64,000 nucleotides of DNA from an uncultured cyanobacterium (GCA_963718615.1 OY970368.1:1984001-2048000); one strand, 5' to 3'. Counted from the stretch's first letter, positions 19,797-30,227 are shown. The notes: generated from the letters alone by a model not told the origin. Numbers and translations: made by a program.

Positions 19797-21230
19797 ATGG
19801 CTGACTTGATTCCCGATACAATTGTGTTGTCGCGGCTACAATTTGCGCTGACAGCCATTTTTCATATGCTTTGGCCAGTCTTGACGACTGGCATGGCAAT
19901 TTTTCTTGTCATCCTTGAAGGGCTTTGGCTCAAAACTCGTAATCCTGATTACTATTATCATGCTCGGTTTTGGGCTAAACTTTATATCCTAAATTTTGGC
20001 ATCGGCGTCGCGACGGGATTGCCCATGGCGTTCCAGTTTGGCCTCAACTGGGCTCCGTTTTCAGAAGCGGTGGGTGACTTTTTTGGAACGATTCTCGGCT
20101 TTGAAGGCACGATGGCTTTTATGCTAGAAGCCAGTTTTCTCGGCATCATGATCTTCGGCTGGGAGCGTGTCCCTCCTGTTATTCACTTTATTGCCACTAT
20201 TTTTGTTGCGATTGGGGCGAATCTTTCGACATTTTGGATTTTGACCGCGAACTCTTGGCTTCAGACCCCAGCAGGAGGAGAGTTTGTGGATGGCAAGTTT
20301 ATCGTGCATGATTTTTTTCAGGCCATTCTCAACCCCTTTATGGCCAAGAGTTTCTTTCACATGTTCTTTGCCACATTGGAGACTTCACTCTTTGTGATTG
20401 GCGGGATTAGCGCTTGGTATTTGCTGAAGGAGCGGTATCAGGGATTTTTTGGGCGATCGCTCAAAATTGTCTTAGCCTCCCTCATTGTCATTGCGCCGCT
20501 ACAAATCTTTATTGGACATTTGAGTGCGGAGCAAGTCTACCACTATCAGCCCACCAAGCTAGCGGCCATGGAAGCTCAATGGGAAACCATTCCAGCAGGT
20601 CAAGCCGCACCCTGGAGTTTAATCGCGCTGCCCAATGACAAAGCTGAACAAAATGATTGGGAAATTGCGATTCCCAATGCCTTGGGATATTTGCTTGAAT
20701 TAAAACCGAAACTGACAGAACCCGTTCAAGGTCTAAAATCCTGGGCTTCGGCAGATCGGCCCCATATGGTGGGACTGATTTACTATTCATTTCGCATTAT
20801 GGTCGCCATTGGCCTGTTTTTTGCTGGGTTGATGGCCCTCACGACATTGCAGTGGCTTCGAGGCAAACTTGCTGATGGTGCAATTCAGCAGCAAAAGTGG
20901 TTGTTGCGAACTTGGATTTTTGCTGCACCCTTGGGCTATATTGCGGTCGAAACGGGGTGGATTGTGCGCTGTGTTGGGCGTCAGCCTTGGACCGTCTATG
21001 GGGAGCTGCGAACGGTGGATGCAGCCTCAAACTTACCTGCCGGTGAAATTCTATTTTCGCTCTCAGGTTTGATGGCGATGTATTCCGTTTTCTTTGTCGC
21101 AACCCTTTTCTTTGGTCGCAAAATCATTCGCAAAGGTCCGAGTCTGGATTTAGCACTTCCTGAAGCAACAAACTTTAGCGAACCGATTAATCATCAGCCT
21201 AATGAGCGACCTCTGAAACCTCAGGAGTAA
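19797..21230 (+). CDS. cydA: Cytochrome bd ubiquinol oxidase subunit I
   Basis: SRLQFALTAIFH, QPTKLAAME, ETGWIVRCVGRQPW. Confidence 0.96.
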   Translation: MADLIPDTIVLSRLQFALTAIFHMLWPVLTTGMAIFLVILEGLWLKTRNPDYYYHARFWAKLYILNFGIGVATGLPMAFQFGLNWAPFSEAVGDFFGTILGFEGTMAFMLEASFLGIMIFGWERVPPVIHFIATIFVAIGANLSTFWILTANSWLQTPAGGEFVDGKFIVHDFFQAILNPFMAKSFFHMFFATLETSLFVIGGISAWYLLKERYQGFFGRSLKIVLASLIVIAPLQIFIGHLSAEQVYHYQPTKLAAMEAQWETIPAGQAAPWSLIALPNDKAEQNDWEIAIPNALGYLLELKPKLTEPVQGLKSWASADRPHMVGLIYYSFRIMVAIGLFFAGLMALTTLQWLRGKLADGAIQQQKWLLRTWIFAAPLGYIAVETGWIVRCVGRQPWTVYGELRTVDAASNLPAGEILFSLSGLMAMYSVFFVATLFFGRKIIRKGPSLDLALPEATNFSEPINHQPNERPLKPQE

Positions 21231-21286
21231 GGGTTTTAAATTCGAATTGATTCTTCGTTTCGATCGCTTTTTTGTATGTCATCATC

Positions 21287-22300
21287 ATGGAAACACTGGA
21301 CTATTTTTTGCCTCAACTTTGGTTTTTTATTTTGGGGCTGTTTCTCTTTCTGTACGTTCTCTTAGATGGTTTTGATCTAGGCGTTGGCATTCTATCCCTC
21401 ACTGCTTCGTCTGAAGAACGGCGCAGTATTTTAATGACCAGTTTAGGCAATGTTTGGGATGCGAATGAAACCTGGCTTGTTTTGATGGGTGGCTCCCTGT
21501 TTGGTGCATTCCCTCTCGCCTATGCGACAGTTTTGAATGCACTCTATTTGCCTGCCGTCATTATGGTTGTCGGTCTCATTTTTCGGGCGGTTTCCTTTGA
21601 GTTCCGTGAGAACTCCGAGCAAAAACTTTATTGGAACCTGACGTTTGGTGTCGGTAGTTTTTTGGCGGCTCTGGGTCAGGGCTTTGCCCTTGCTGCTATT
21701 TTTGAAGGGATTAAAGTCGATGCTGCGGGTCATTTTATTGGGGGACCGTTTGATTGGTTGACTTGGCGATCGGTTTTAGTTGCATTAACTTTGGTTCAAG
21801 GCTATGTCTTGATTGGTTCGACATACTTGATTTGGAAAACTACAGGTGAATTACAGACGACCCATTTCAAAACGGCTAAGATTGCAGCGATTACGACGTT
21901 TTTAGGAGCGGCCTTTATTACGATTAGTACACCAATTTTTTATGAACAGGCGCGATCGCGACTCTTCGAAGCTCCACAGGTCTATGTTTTTGGCCTCATT
22001 CCAATTCTCGGGCTTCTGCTCATCGGTTTACTTCTACGAAGTTTGTCTAAGGAAGAAGAGGTCACTCCGTTTATTTGGACTGTTCTTTTATTCCTGGTTT
22101 CCTTCATTGGCCTCGGATTTTTGATTTTCCCCTACATTATCCCTCCCAGTATCACGATTTATCAGGCTGCATCTTCTCCCTCTTCCTTGGTCTTCATGAT
22201 CATTTTTGTGGGTTTCTTGATTCCGATTTTGTTGGCTTACACGTTGTACAATTACTTTGTCTTTCGTGGAAAAATCAGTACGGAAGCTTATGGAGAATAG
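21287..22300 (+). CDS. cydB: Cytochrome bd ubiquinol oxidase subunit II
   Basis: LDGFDLGVG, VWDANETWLV, GAFPLAYA; follows cydA. Confidence 0.96.
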   Translation: METLDYFLPQLWFFILGLFLFLYVLLDGFDLGVGILSLTASSEERRSILMTSLGNVWDANETWLVLMGGSLFGAFPLAYATVLNALYLPAVIMVVGLIFRAVSFEFRENSEQKLYWNLTFGVGSFLAALGQGFALAAIFEGIKVDAAGHFIGGPFDWLTWRSVLVALTLVQGYVLIGSTYLIWKTTGELQTTHFKTAKIAAITTFLGAAFITISTPIFYEQARSRLFEAPQVYVFGLIPILGLLLIGLLLRSLSKEEEVTPFIWTVLLFLVSFIGLGFLIFPYIIPPSITIYQAASSPSSLVFMIIFVGFLIPILLAYTLYNYFVFRGKISTEAYGE

Positions 22301-22325
22301 ATTTTTTCTGAGGCCCTAACGGTAT

Positions 22326-22370
22326 TTTTTACCCTCCTGCGTGAATACTCGGGAGGGTAAAATTACTTTT
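22326..22370 (+). terminator. Probable intrinsic terminator after cydB
   Basis: TTTTACCCTCC...GGAGGGTAAAA hairpin followed by a T-rich stretch. Confidence 0.6.
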
Positions 22371-22454
22371 TCTCACCTCAACAGAAACTGCATGTTTAGG
22401 GCGAAGCTGAGGCGTCAATGCTTCCGCCCGCCTCAGAAGGAAGCTTATTTCAAA

Positions 22455-23189
22455 TTAGAGAAGCAAACTTGATTGATCAAGGCTGGGAATCAAGATCAAA
22501 GCCCAGTAGGGAACCTGTTCGGGGTCGACAGTTTCAATGGGGAGGATTTTTTGACTGGGCAACGTTGCGTGTTCAAGATAGTGCGATCGCTCCAGCAATC
22601 CCAACTCTCGCAAAATCTGCCGAACCTTGGCAAAATGACGCCCTAACTTGAGAATAACCGCTGCATCTGCTACAGCAAGGCGATCGCGCAAAATATCCGC
22701 TTCTAAAGTTGCGGGTAAAACCATCAAAACATCCTGTCGATAGACCAACGGTGTCCCCAACATCGAAGCACTTGCCAAAATTGAAGAAATACCGGGCACA
22801 ACCTCCGTCGTAAAGCGTTGGGAAAGGCGGTTAAACAAATACATAAACGACCCATATAGCATTGGATCCCCTTCGCAGAGCACCGCGACATCTTGGCCTT
22901 GTTCGAGGAAAGGGGCGATCGCCTGCGCGGCCCGGTCATAATCCCCTTGGGCAGAACGAGTCGCATGAATTGAAAGGGGCAACGGCAACTCAATTTGCCC
23001 AGGCCGGATAAACTCCGCCACAATCGATCGCGCCACAGCCTTGCCGCTAGGAAGCTGGGGATAGGCCACCACGGGCACCGTCGTCAAGAGCCGATGGGCC
23101 TTGAGCGTCAGCAACTCCGGATCCCCTGGCCCAATCCCCAATCCATAGAGTTTACCCGGCATCTGCTGGTTTAGGGTTTTGGGGCTCAT
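22455..23189 (-). CDS. cobI: Precorrin-2 C20-methyltransferase
   Basis: LYGLGIGPGDPELLTLKA, LCEGDPMLYGS, VILKLGRHF. Confidence 0.92.
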   Translation of the reverse strand: MSPKTLNQQMPGKLYGLGIGPGDPELLTLKAHRLLTTVPVVAYPQLPSGKAVARSIVAEFIRPGQIELPLPLSIHATRSAQGDYDRAAQAIAPFLEQGQDVAVLCEGDPMLYGSFMYLFNRLSQRFTTEVVPGISSILASASMLGTPLVYRQDVLMVLPATLEADILRDRLAVADAAVILKLGRHFAKVRQILRELGLLERSHYLEHATLPSQKILPIETVDPEQVPYWALILIPSLDQSSLLL

Positions 23190-23815
23190 GCTTCTGTCTC
23201 CTGGGCAAGGGCATTCACCGCTGCGGCTGCCATGGCGCTGCCGCCTCGTCGTCCTTGCAGCGTGAGGTAGGGAATTCCTCGGGCATCCGCCACGAGCTCG
23301 GCTTTGGATTCTGCTGCACCCACAAATCCCACGGGAAATCCGAGGATTAAAGCGGGCCGAGGTGCGCCTGCATCCAGAAGTTCAAGCAAATGAAACAAAG
23401 CCGTTGGGGCATTGCCTATGGCGACCACTGAACCGGCGAGGTGCGATCGCCACAATTCCACCGCCGCTGCCGATCGGGTAGTGTGCAGTTGCTCTGCCAG
23501 GGCTGGCACCTGCGGTTCGTTGAGCGTACAAATCACAGCATTTTGTGCAGGCAACCGGCTACGAATAATGCCGTGGGTGACCATTTGCACATCGCACAGG
23601 ATCGAAGCCCCCTGGGCGATCGCCCCACGACCGGCAGTCACGGCATCCGCAGAGGCTCGCAAATCCTCAACAATATCGACCATTCCACAGGCATGGATCA
23701 GGCGGATTGCAATGGGGATGAGGTCAGGGGGCAGAGCGTTGAGATTGGCTTCGGCGCGGATGGTGGCGAAAGATTGACGGTAGATATCGGGACCGTGGCG
23801 GAGGTAGGGGGGCAT
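23186..23815 (-). CDS. cobH: Precorrin-8X methylmutase
   Basis: IYRQSFATIRAE, IGNAPTALF, PVGFVGAAESK, GRRGGS; start moved to ATG 23815. Confidence 0.93.
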   Translation of the reverse strand: MPPYLRHGPDIYRQSFATIRAEANLNALPPDLIPIAIRLIHACGMVDIVEDLRASADAVTAGRGAIAQGASILCDVQMVTHGIIRSRLPAQNAVICTLNEPQVPALAEQLHTTRSAAAVELWRSHLAGSVVAIGNAPTALFHLLELLDAGAPRPALILGFPVGFVGAAESKAELVADARGIPYLTLQGRRGGSAMAAAAVNALAQETEA

Positions 23816-23901
23816 GGGGGTAAAGGCCTGAGGATAGAGAATGAAGGAGAATGGATGGTTGTCAGTAGAGAATGGATGGTTGTTAGTGCGGTGAGTTGGG
23901 G

Positions 23902-25161
23902 ATGAAGCCAATGGTGGATCGATGGTTGTCGATTGTAGGACTGGGGGAGGAGGGCTGGGCGGGGTTGAGTCCGGTAGGACGGTCTCTGGTGGAAGAGGCT
24001 GAGATTTTAGTGGGGGGCGACCGTCATTTTGCCATGGTGCCGGACCGGGAGAAAGGGTTGAAGCCTCAAGAACGCTGGGTTTGGCGATCGCCCATTGCCC
24101 AATCTGTGGAAGCCGTGCTGGCGATGCGGGGTCGGGCGGTTTGTGTTCTGGCCAGCGGAGATCCGATGTGTTACGGCATTGGGGCGACCTTTCGGCGGTC
24201 TGTGAAGCTGGCAGAAATGACGATTTTACCTGCCCCTTCGGCCTTTAGTTGGGCCTGTGCCCGGTTGGGCTGGCCCCTGGCGGAGGTGGAAACCCTAAGC
24301 CTCTGTGGCCGTGATCCGGCTTTGTTGCATGCGGTTCTCTATCCAGGGGCAAGGATTTTGCTGTTGAGTAGCGATCGCACCACACCCCTGACGGTGGCGG
24401 AAATCCTAACCCAACGGGGGTTTGGCCCTAGTCCGCTCACCGTCCTCGAACATCTCGGTGGCCCCCAAGAACGCATCCGCACCCACCCCGCCAGCCATTG
24501 GCTCCAGCGCCACCCCAGCGACATCGCCGACCTCAATACCCTCGCCCTTGATTGCCAAGCCGCCCTTTCCCCGTCCGTCCTCCATCCTTCTCCCGGCTCC
24601 CCTGGCCTCCCCGATGCGGCCTATCACCACGATGGCCAACTCACCAAACGGGAAGTTCGTGCCCTGACCCTCTCGGCCCTTGCACCCTTGCCAGGGCAAC
24701 TGCTTTGGGATGTGGGGGCGGGCTGCGGGTCGATTGCCATTGAATGGATGCGGAGCGATCGCCGTTGTCGGGCGATCGCCATTGAACAAAATCCCCAACG
24801 GCAACAGTTCATGACCGAAAATGCCCAAGCCCTCGGGACGCCGGGGCTGCAAATCATTGCCGGAAAAGCGCCTGATGCCCTGCAAAATCTGCCGCAGCCC
24901 GATGCCATTTTTATCGGGGGTGGTATCACCCAACCGGGTCTCCTGGAAACCTGCTGGATGGCCCTTCGACCCGGTGGACGACTGGTTGCGAATACCGTTA
25001 CGATTCCAGGGGAACAGAAATTGTTTGAGGGACAACAGCGATGGGGCGGTGAACTCAGTCGTATTGGGATCCAGCGGGCTGAGGCGATCGGTCGTTTTCT
25101 CGGCTGGAAAGCTCTTGCGCCAGTGACCCAATGGGTTGTGATTAAGGCCGATTCGCCTTGA
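23902..25161 (+). CDS. cobL: Precorrin-6Y C5,15-methyltransferase (decarboxylating), CbiE/CbiT fusion
   Basis: VLASGDPMCYGIG, HDGQLTKREVR, LWDVGAGCGSI, PDAIFIGGG. Confidence 0.92.
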   Translation: MKPMVDRWLSIVGLGEEGWAGLSPVGRSLVEEAEILVGGDRHFAMVPDREKGLKPQERWVWRSPIAQSVEAVLAMRGRAVCVLASGDPMCYGIGATFRRSVKLAEMTILPAPSAFSWACARLGWPLAEVETLSLCGRDPALLHAVLYPGARILLLSSDRTTPLTVAEILTQRGFGPSPLTVLEHLGGPQERIRTHPASHWLQRHPSDIADLNTLALDCQAALSPSVLHPSPGSPGLPDAAYHHDGQLTKREVRALTLSALAPLPGQLLWDVGAGCGSIAIEWMRSDRRCRAIAIEQNPQRQQFMTENAQALGTPGLQIIAGKAPDALQNLPQPDAIFIGGGITQPGLLETCWMALRPGGRLVANTVTIPGEQKLFEGQQRWGGELSRIGIQRAEAIGRFLGWKALAPVTQWVVIKADSP

Positions 25162-25169
25162 GTTTCGTT

Positions 25170-25952
25170 TCAGTTTTCTTCCAGATGACCCTGCAACCAA
25201 TCCAATGCCGCTGCCACGGTGTGAACGGTTTTACAGTCGGGGACCCAAGGCCGTTGGACCATGACCACGGGCAATCCGAGGGATCGGGCCGCTGCAATTT
25301 TGCTGTAGGTTCCACTGCCGCCGCTGTTTTTGCTGACGATCGCATCAATCTTGTACTCCAGCAGGAGCGATCGCTCGGCGGTTTCATCAAAGGGACCTTG
25401 GGCGAACAAGATGTGGCCAGGGGGGGTGGGGGTGTTGGGGGGTGGGGGGGTGATCATGCGCAGGAGGAACCAGCGATCGCGCAAACCGGCAAAGGTTGAA
25501 ATTTCTTGACGGCCAATGCTGAGGAAAATTCGTTGGGCGTTGGTTGGTAAAGTTGCAACGGCTGCGTTTAGGCTGGGAACTTCGAGCCAGCGATCGCCCA
25601 CGTCCTGGACCCAAGCTGGACGAACCAGCCGGATCATGGGAATTTTGGCCTGGGCGGCAGCGGCAACGGCATGGGCCGAAATCTGGGCGGCAAAGGGATG
25701 AGTGGCATCAATCAAAAAATCAATGGGTTGTCTTTGCAAGTATTCTGCCAGTCCTGCAACCCCGCCAAAATGTCCCACCCGTTGTTCCCAAGTGATCTGC
25801 CCTGTTGTCCTAATCTGAATCCGATTGGTGCGGCCTGCCAAGGAATGGATGACGGTCAAGTTAGGAATTTGAGTGGCCTGTCCAGCCAACTGCATGGCTT
25901 CGGTGATGCCTCCCAAAATCAAGACAAACCGCTGTGCTTTGCCGCTACTCAT
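25170..25952 (-). CDS. cobK: Precorrin-6A/cobalt-precorrin-6A reductase
   Basis: LILGGITEA, IDATHPFA, IVSKNSGG, VVMVQRP. Confidence 0.92.
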   Translation of the reverse strand: MSSGKAQRFVLILGGITEAMQLAGQATQIPNLTVIHSLAGRTNRIQIRTTGQITWEQRVGHFGGVAGLAEYLQRQPIDFLIDATHPFAAQISAHAVAAAAQAKIPMIRLVRPAWVQDVGDRWLEVPSLNAAVATLPTNAQRIFLSIGRQEISTFAGLRDRWFLLRMITPPPPNTPTPPGHILFAQGPFDETAERSLLLEYKIDAIVSKNSGGSGTYSKIAAARSLGLPVVMVQRPWVPDCKTVHTVAAALDWLQGHLEEN

Positions 25953-26087
25953 CGCGCTACAACACCAGTCATCTGGAATAAAGATCGCAGGGATTGGGTC
26001 GGAATTGCGGTCATCGGGACATGGTTGAGCGTGAATAGATCGTTGCTTGAGTTTAGCGTTTTGGCTGGGTACTCTGTCGATATATCA

Positions 26088-26498
26088 GTGAGGATTAGTA
26101 CTGTGTCTCCTTTCTCCAATGCCTCTGAAGCCGTCTATCAATCTTTCCTGGTACAACAATTCCAGGCTAAGGGGATTTTGGCCAAGACTCATATCGCGGT
26201 AAAAGGCGGAGAAATTGATATTCTCACACCTGACCAGATCATTGAGTGCAAGGCCCTTTTGGATCGTCAATCTTTGCTGATGGCGTTGGGGCAACTCCAG
26301 CTATATTCTCCTTTTTATCCCAAGTATCGTCTGGCCATAGCAGGACCTCTGCCAGACGCAAAGAAATTTCCAAAAATTTTGAAAACAGCAGAAGCTGTGA
26401 TTACGAGGATACAGGCCATCGGGGTTGAGGTAATTGTCTTACCTAAGCTTGCTAAGCCACCTGTAGATACAGTATCGGTGGAAATGTCGATAGGGTGA
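26088..26498 (+). CDS. Small PD-(D/E)XK nuclease-fold protein (putative)
   Basis: E...GGEIDILTPDQIIECK...ALGQLQLY pattern. The upstream part of the track ORF is only antisense cobK, so the start is placed at GTG 26088. Confidence 0.6.
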   Translation: MRISTVSPFSNASEAVYQSFLVQQFQAKGILAKTHIAVKGGEIDILTPDQIIECKALLDRQSLLMALGQLQLYSPFYPKYRLAIAGPLPDAKKFPKILKTAEAVITRIQAIGVEVIVLPKLAKPPVDTVSVEMSIG

Positions 26499-26629
26499 AA
26501 CGGGAAGGAAATTCTCTAAACCCTCTCAGAGACCGACAATTTTTAAACTGTCTACAAAGCCTCAAGGCTTTTGGGCTATATTCGCTAGGGTAAGCGTAAT
26601 CCTAATTTCTGGCGGAGAACAATGCAGCC

Positions 26630-26911
26630 ATGGCTAAGATTAAGCCGGTTCAACAGCACAGTCAGCTTTGGATGATTCAGGCTTGGGCTTCGTTTATATT
26701 GTCCCTAGGAGGGTTGTCCTTAGGCATTGCTAATTTACCGGTAGATACCTGGGTTAAGGGCTATATGGGGATGGGAACTCTGTTCACGGTGGGTTCAACC
26801 TTGAGCTTGGCAAAGACTTCGCGCGATCGCTTTGAAGAACAACAAATTACCGCTCGCATTGATGAAGCCAAAGTCGAAAAGCTACTCGCCGAACACCATC
26901 CGATGAATTAG
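26630..26911 (+). CDS. YiaA/YiaB family inner membrane protein
   Basis: QAWASFILS...WVKGYMGMGTLFTVGS...AKTSRD. Confidence 0.85.
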   Translation: MAKIKPVQQHSQLWMIQAWASFILSLGGLSLGIANLPVDTWVKGYMGMGTLFTVGSTLSLAKTSRDRFEEQQITARIDEAKVEKLLAEHHPMN

Positions 26912-26967
26912 AACGTTCCCAAGCAACCCCATGAAACCCCATGAACCCCTGGCACTGTTGACCCAAT

Positions 26968-28236
26968 CTAATCTTCTCCTACATCCCGCAGTCCGCGCGA
27001 TCGCCCGCCTGCCAACTGCTGCACCACCTGAGCCACATCCACGCCCGTCGCCTGCTTGAGTTGCTCAATTAACGCTTTGGTCTGAATCACCCCTTTGCCG
27101 CTGGAATTATGACCATCGATTACCGTGACGCTGTCTACGTCCACGTCTGGGAAGCCAGCGGCGATCGCCTTGAGCAGCACATCCAGTTTCGGGAAGAGGA
27201 AAACCTCCTTCGCATTGGGACCCGCTGCCTGCCAGGATTCCGCGAGCTGCCGTAAACCTTCCGCTTGGGCACGTCCCTCTTCAATAATGGTGGCAGCGCT
27301 CCCCTTGGCTCGGGCAATGGACTGTTGACATTGCGACTCTGCCGGAGCAATCACATCCGCTTCGAGTTGCTGAACCACCTGTTTGATTCGCTCTTTTTGT
27401 ACGGCTACATCCGCCTGAGTCCGCGCAATTTCGGTCCCCACTTCTGACTCAGCTTCCGCCACTAGCGCAACGCGCTTGGTCTGGGCATCCCGCACCCGTT
27501 CCTGGGCAGTGGCTTCTGCAACTTTAATATCCCGTTCAATGCGACGGAGAGAGGTGTTGCGTTCATTGGCGGAGGTGCGGATGGCGGATTCGGCCTTGGC
27601 TTTGGCTTCGGCGATGCGGGCATTGCGGATTAGATCAGCCTGCTGCTTACGGCCAATGGAGTCGAGATAACCGGCTTCATCGGAAATATTTTGAATCTGT
27701 AAACTGTCTAGCACAATGCCCAGCAGTTCCAAATCATCCTCGGCCTCTTCCAGCAAACTACGGGCAAAGGCAACCTTATCTTCGTTGACCTGCTCAGGGG
27801 TCAAACTAGCCAGAACGCCCCGTAAATTACCTTCGAGGGTTTCCCGTGCCAGGGCCTCAATTTCGTTCCGTTTTTTGCCCAGAAGCCGCTCGATCGCATT
27901 GTGAATCGTTGGTTCTTCGCCAGAAATTTTGATGTTCGCAACCCCTTCTACGGTTAAGGGAATTCCGCCTTTGGAATAGGCATTTTTCACCTTTAGATCG
28001 ATGATCATATTGGTGAGATTCATCCGATAGGTCTCTTCCATTAGCGGTATTTGGATGCTGCTGCCGCCCTTAACTAATCGATAGCCAACGCTTTTATCCA
28101 TGCCTGCGACGGGATGACGACTGCCTGCAAAGATTAAGACTTCATTAGGTTGGCAAATGTGATAAAGGTTCTTGATCGCAAAGCTTGCGGCACCGAGACC
28201 GAGGGCTCCGCCAACGAGGAGAACAGGTAAGACCAT
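26968..28236 (-). CDS. Flotillin family (SPFH) protein
   Basis: AYSKGGIPLTVEGVANIK, ETLEGNLRGVLASLTPE, AEA-rich coiled coil. Confidence 0.92.
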   Translation of the reverse strand: MVLPVLLVGGALGLGAASFAIKNLYHICQPNEVLIFAGSRHPVAGMDKSVGYRLVKGGSSIQIPLMEETYRMNLTNMIIDLKVKNAYSKGGIPLTVEGVANIKISGEEPTIHNAIERLLGKKRNEIEALARETLEGNLRGVLASLTPEQVNEDKVAFARSLLEEAEDDLELLGIVLDSLQIQNISDEAGYLDSIGRKQQADLIRNARIAEAKAKAESAIRTSANERNTSLRRIERDIKVAEATAQERVRDAQTKRVALVAEAESEVGTEIARTQADVAVQKERIKQVVQQLEADVIAPAESQCQQSIARAKGSAATIIEEGRAQAEGLRQLAESWQAAGPNAKEVFLFPKLDVLLKAIAAGFPDVDVDSVTVIDGHNSSGKGVIQTKALIEQLKQATGVDVAQVVQQLAGGRSRGLRDVGED

Positions 28237-28323
28237 GGCAATGACTTCCTTAATGAAATTTCCGACTGAATGAGAGGTCCGAGAAGAGGTGCGAGATTTT
28301 TGTTAGTTGGATTGATTGGGTTC

Positions 28324-29877
28324 CTAGGAAACTTTGTGGCCGTTAATTGCTGGGGGAGTAGCCGTAGCCGTAGCCGTAGCCGTGGTGGATGTGGAATCCG
28401 CTGGGGTCGGCGCTAAGGCTTGGGATTTGGTTCGGGGTTTGCTTTGGGTTAGGGTTCCCAGGACATCAATGCCGAGGGTTTTGTTAACGCTTTCGAGGAA
28501 CTTCGTCAGGATATCGGGATAGAGATTGACCAGATTGGCGAGCGATCGCCCATCGCCGCTATCCACCACATCAATTTTCTTGAGGTGAAGCCGTCCCGGA
28601 ATCTGCACCGCTTCATGGAGAATCATCTCAATTTGCTGAATCACCAACAGTTCTGGCGCTTCACTGCCAATATCTTTCCACACTTGGCCAAGCAACTCAT
28701 TAGCCTTGGCTTCGGCCTTAGCATTTTCCGCCAGGGGGGCGGCTGAGCCCCGTGCCAGGAGTTCTTGGGCTTTTTGCTGGGCTTCGGCGGGCATGATTTC
28801 ATCGGCCTGAAGCCGCAGTCGCTCTAGCTCAGAGCGCACCGCTTGGAGCTTCTGCTCAAACTTGGCGCGCTGTTCGCGACCGGCGGCGGTGGTGACTTCC
28901 TCTTCGGACTTGGCCTTTTGTTCAAGCTTGGCCTTGAGTTCCCGCAGTTCGTTTTCCTTTTCACGGACAATGGTGCGATCGCGACTCTTAGCCACTTCCG
29001 CCTGTTCTTCGCATTCCGCTTCGGTGCGGTTGGCCTCTTCTAGGGCATCCGATTCGGCAATTTCCGCATCCCGTACAATCATGGCAATCCGCTCGCGGCC
29101 CAGGGAACTGAGATAATCGACATGGTCCGCCACGCTTTGAATCTTGAACGTGTCAATTTCTAGCCCAAGTTTGTGCAAGTCCCGGCGCACATCCGCAGAA
29201 ATGCGTTCAGCAAACTCCAGCCGGTCTTCATTCACCTGTTCCGGTGTCAGTGTTGCCACAACGCCCCGCAAATTGCCTTCGAGGGTTTCCCGCGCCACGC
29301 GCACCAAGTCCTCTCGCTTGCTGCCTAGGAAGCGTTCGATGGCGTTGCCGACAATATTGGGGTCGCTGGAAATTTTGATGTTGGCGATCGCCTGAATATC
29401 CAACGGCGTTCCGCCCTTGGCATAGGCGTTACGAATTTCCACCTGGACCGGCATCGTGGTGACGCTCATGCGCTCAATGGTTTCCAAAATCGGGATGCGA
29501 ATGGCGCGCCCACCGGCCAAAACGCGATACCCAACCTCCTGACCATCGGCCATTTTCCACTTCCGTCCTGAAATCACCAAGACCTCATTGGGTTTGCAGA
29601 TACAGAGAAACGACTTCAAAAACCAGTAGCTCAAGGCGGTTCCTGTCCCAATCAATAACAAGGTGGTGGGCAATGCCAAATCGCCGAGGACCCCAGCCTG
29701 TTGGGTCTGCGCCTGGGGAAGCTGAAGTAGGGGCGTCGGAGCAACCTGTGCCGTGCCTAGAACGGTTGGAGTGGATTGAGCGGCGGGTCTAGGAATATCC
29801 ATCATGATTCTGTAGTCCTGCACAAGAGAATCGGTTAGCGAACTCGATCGGTAAACTTGATCAGTAAACTCGGTCAT
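28324..29877 (-). CDS. Flotillin family (SPFH) protein
   Basis: AYAKGGTPLDIQAIANIK, ETLEGNLRGVVATLTPE; start uncertain. Confidence 0.9.
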   Translation of the reverse strand: MTEFTDQVYRSSSLTDSLVQDYRIMMDIPRPAAQSTPTVLGTAQVAPTPLLQLPQAQTQQAGVLGDLALPTTLLLIGTGTALSYWFLKSFLCICKPNEVLVISGRKWKMADGQEVGYRVLAGGRAIRIPILETIERMSVTTMPVQVEIRNAYAKGGTPLDIQAIANIKISSDPNIVGNAIERFLGSKREDLVRVARETLEGNLRGVVATLTPEQVNEDRLEFAERISADVRRDLHKLGLEIDTFKIQSVADHVDYLSSLGRERIAMIVRDAEIAESDALEEANRTEAECEEQAEVAKSRDRTIVREKENELRELKAKLEQKAKSEEEVTTAAGREQRAKFEQKLQAVRSELERLRLQADEIMPAEAQQKAQELLARGSAAPLAENAKAEAKANELLGQVWKDIGSEAPELLVIQQIEMILHEAVQIPGRLHLKKIDVVDSGDGRSLANLVNLYPDILTKFLESVNKTLGIDVLGTLTQSKPRTKSQALAPTPADSTSTTATATATATPPAINGHKVS

Positions 29878-30227
29878 TGGTTCATTTGAGACTCAGGCAC
29901 CACGAGAATGCGGTTGCCCTGGGCGGCGATCACAAAGACGCGATCGCCCGGATTAAGCTCCTGCTCCACATCGGTAATCGCCAGCAAGTCCACGGCGGAT
30001 CCCTTGATCGTGACGCGAACCTTGCCCCGGCTCAGATGATTAAACGGCACTTCGACAACGCCCCATTGGCCAATGGCATGCTCAGAAGACGCCATGCTGT
30101 TAATGACCGTTGCTCGCCGCTGGATTTGAATGAGAATAACGATCGCACTCCCAAGGGCGATGCCGATAGCGATGGAAATAAACGCAACGTAAAGCATCGA
30201 TTCCGCTGAGAGGGATGGGGAAGGCAT
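29874..30227 (-). CDS. NfeD-like C-terminal OB-fold partner of flotillins
   Basis: TM helix then GVVEVPF...GKVRV...GDRVFVI; adjacent to the flotillin genes. Confidence 0.8.
   Translation of the reverse strand: MPSPSLSAESMLYVAFISIAIGIALGSAIVILIQIQRRATVINSMASSEHAIGQWGVVEVPFNHLSRGKVRVTIKGSAVDLLAITDVEQELNPGDRVFVIAAQGNRILVVPESQMNQ

Noticed and set aside
25671-26087. N-terminal extension of the 275-aa ORF
   Set aside because: It is antisense to cobK and its promoter; the plausible start is GTG 26088 or 26103.
26491-26560. Cobalamin riboswitch near the cob genes (AAACGGGAA)
   Set aside because: Lacks the GGTG-AA-TCC, GCCCCCGC-ACTGT and B12-box elements and is not upstream of a cob gene.
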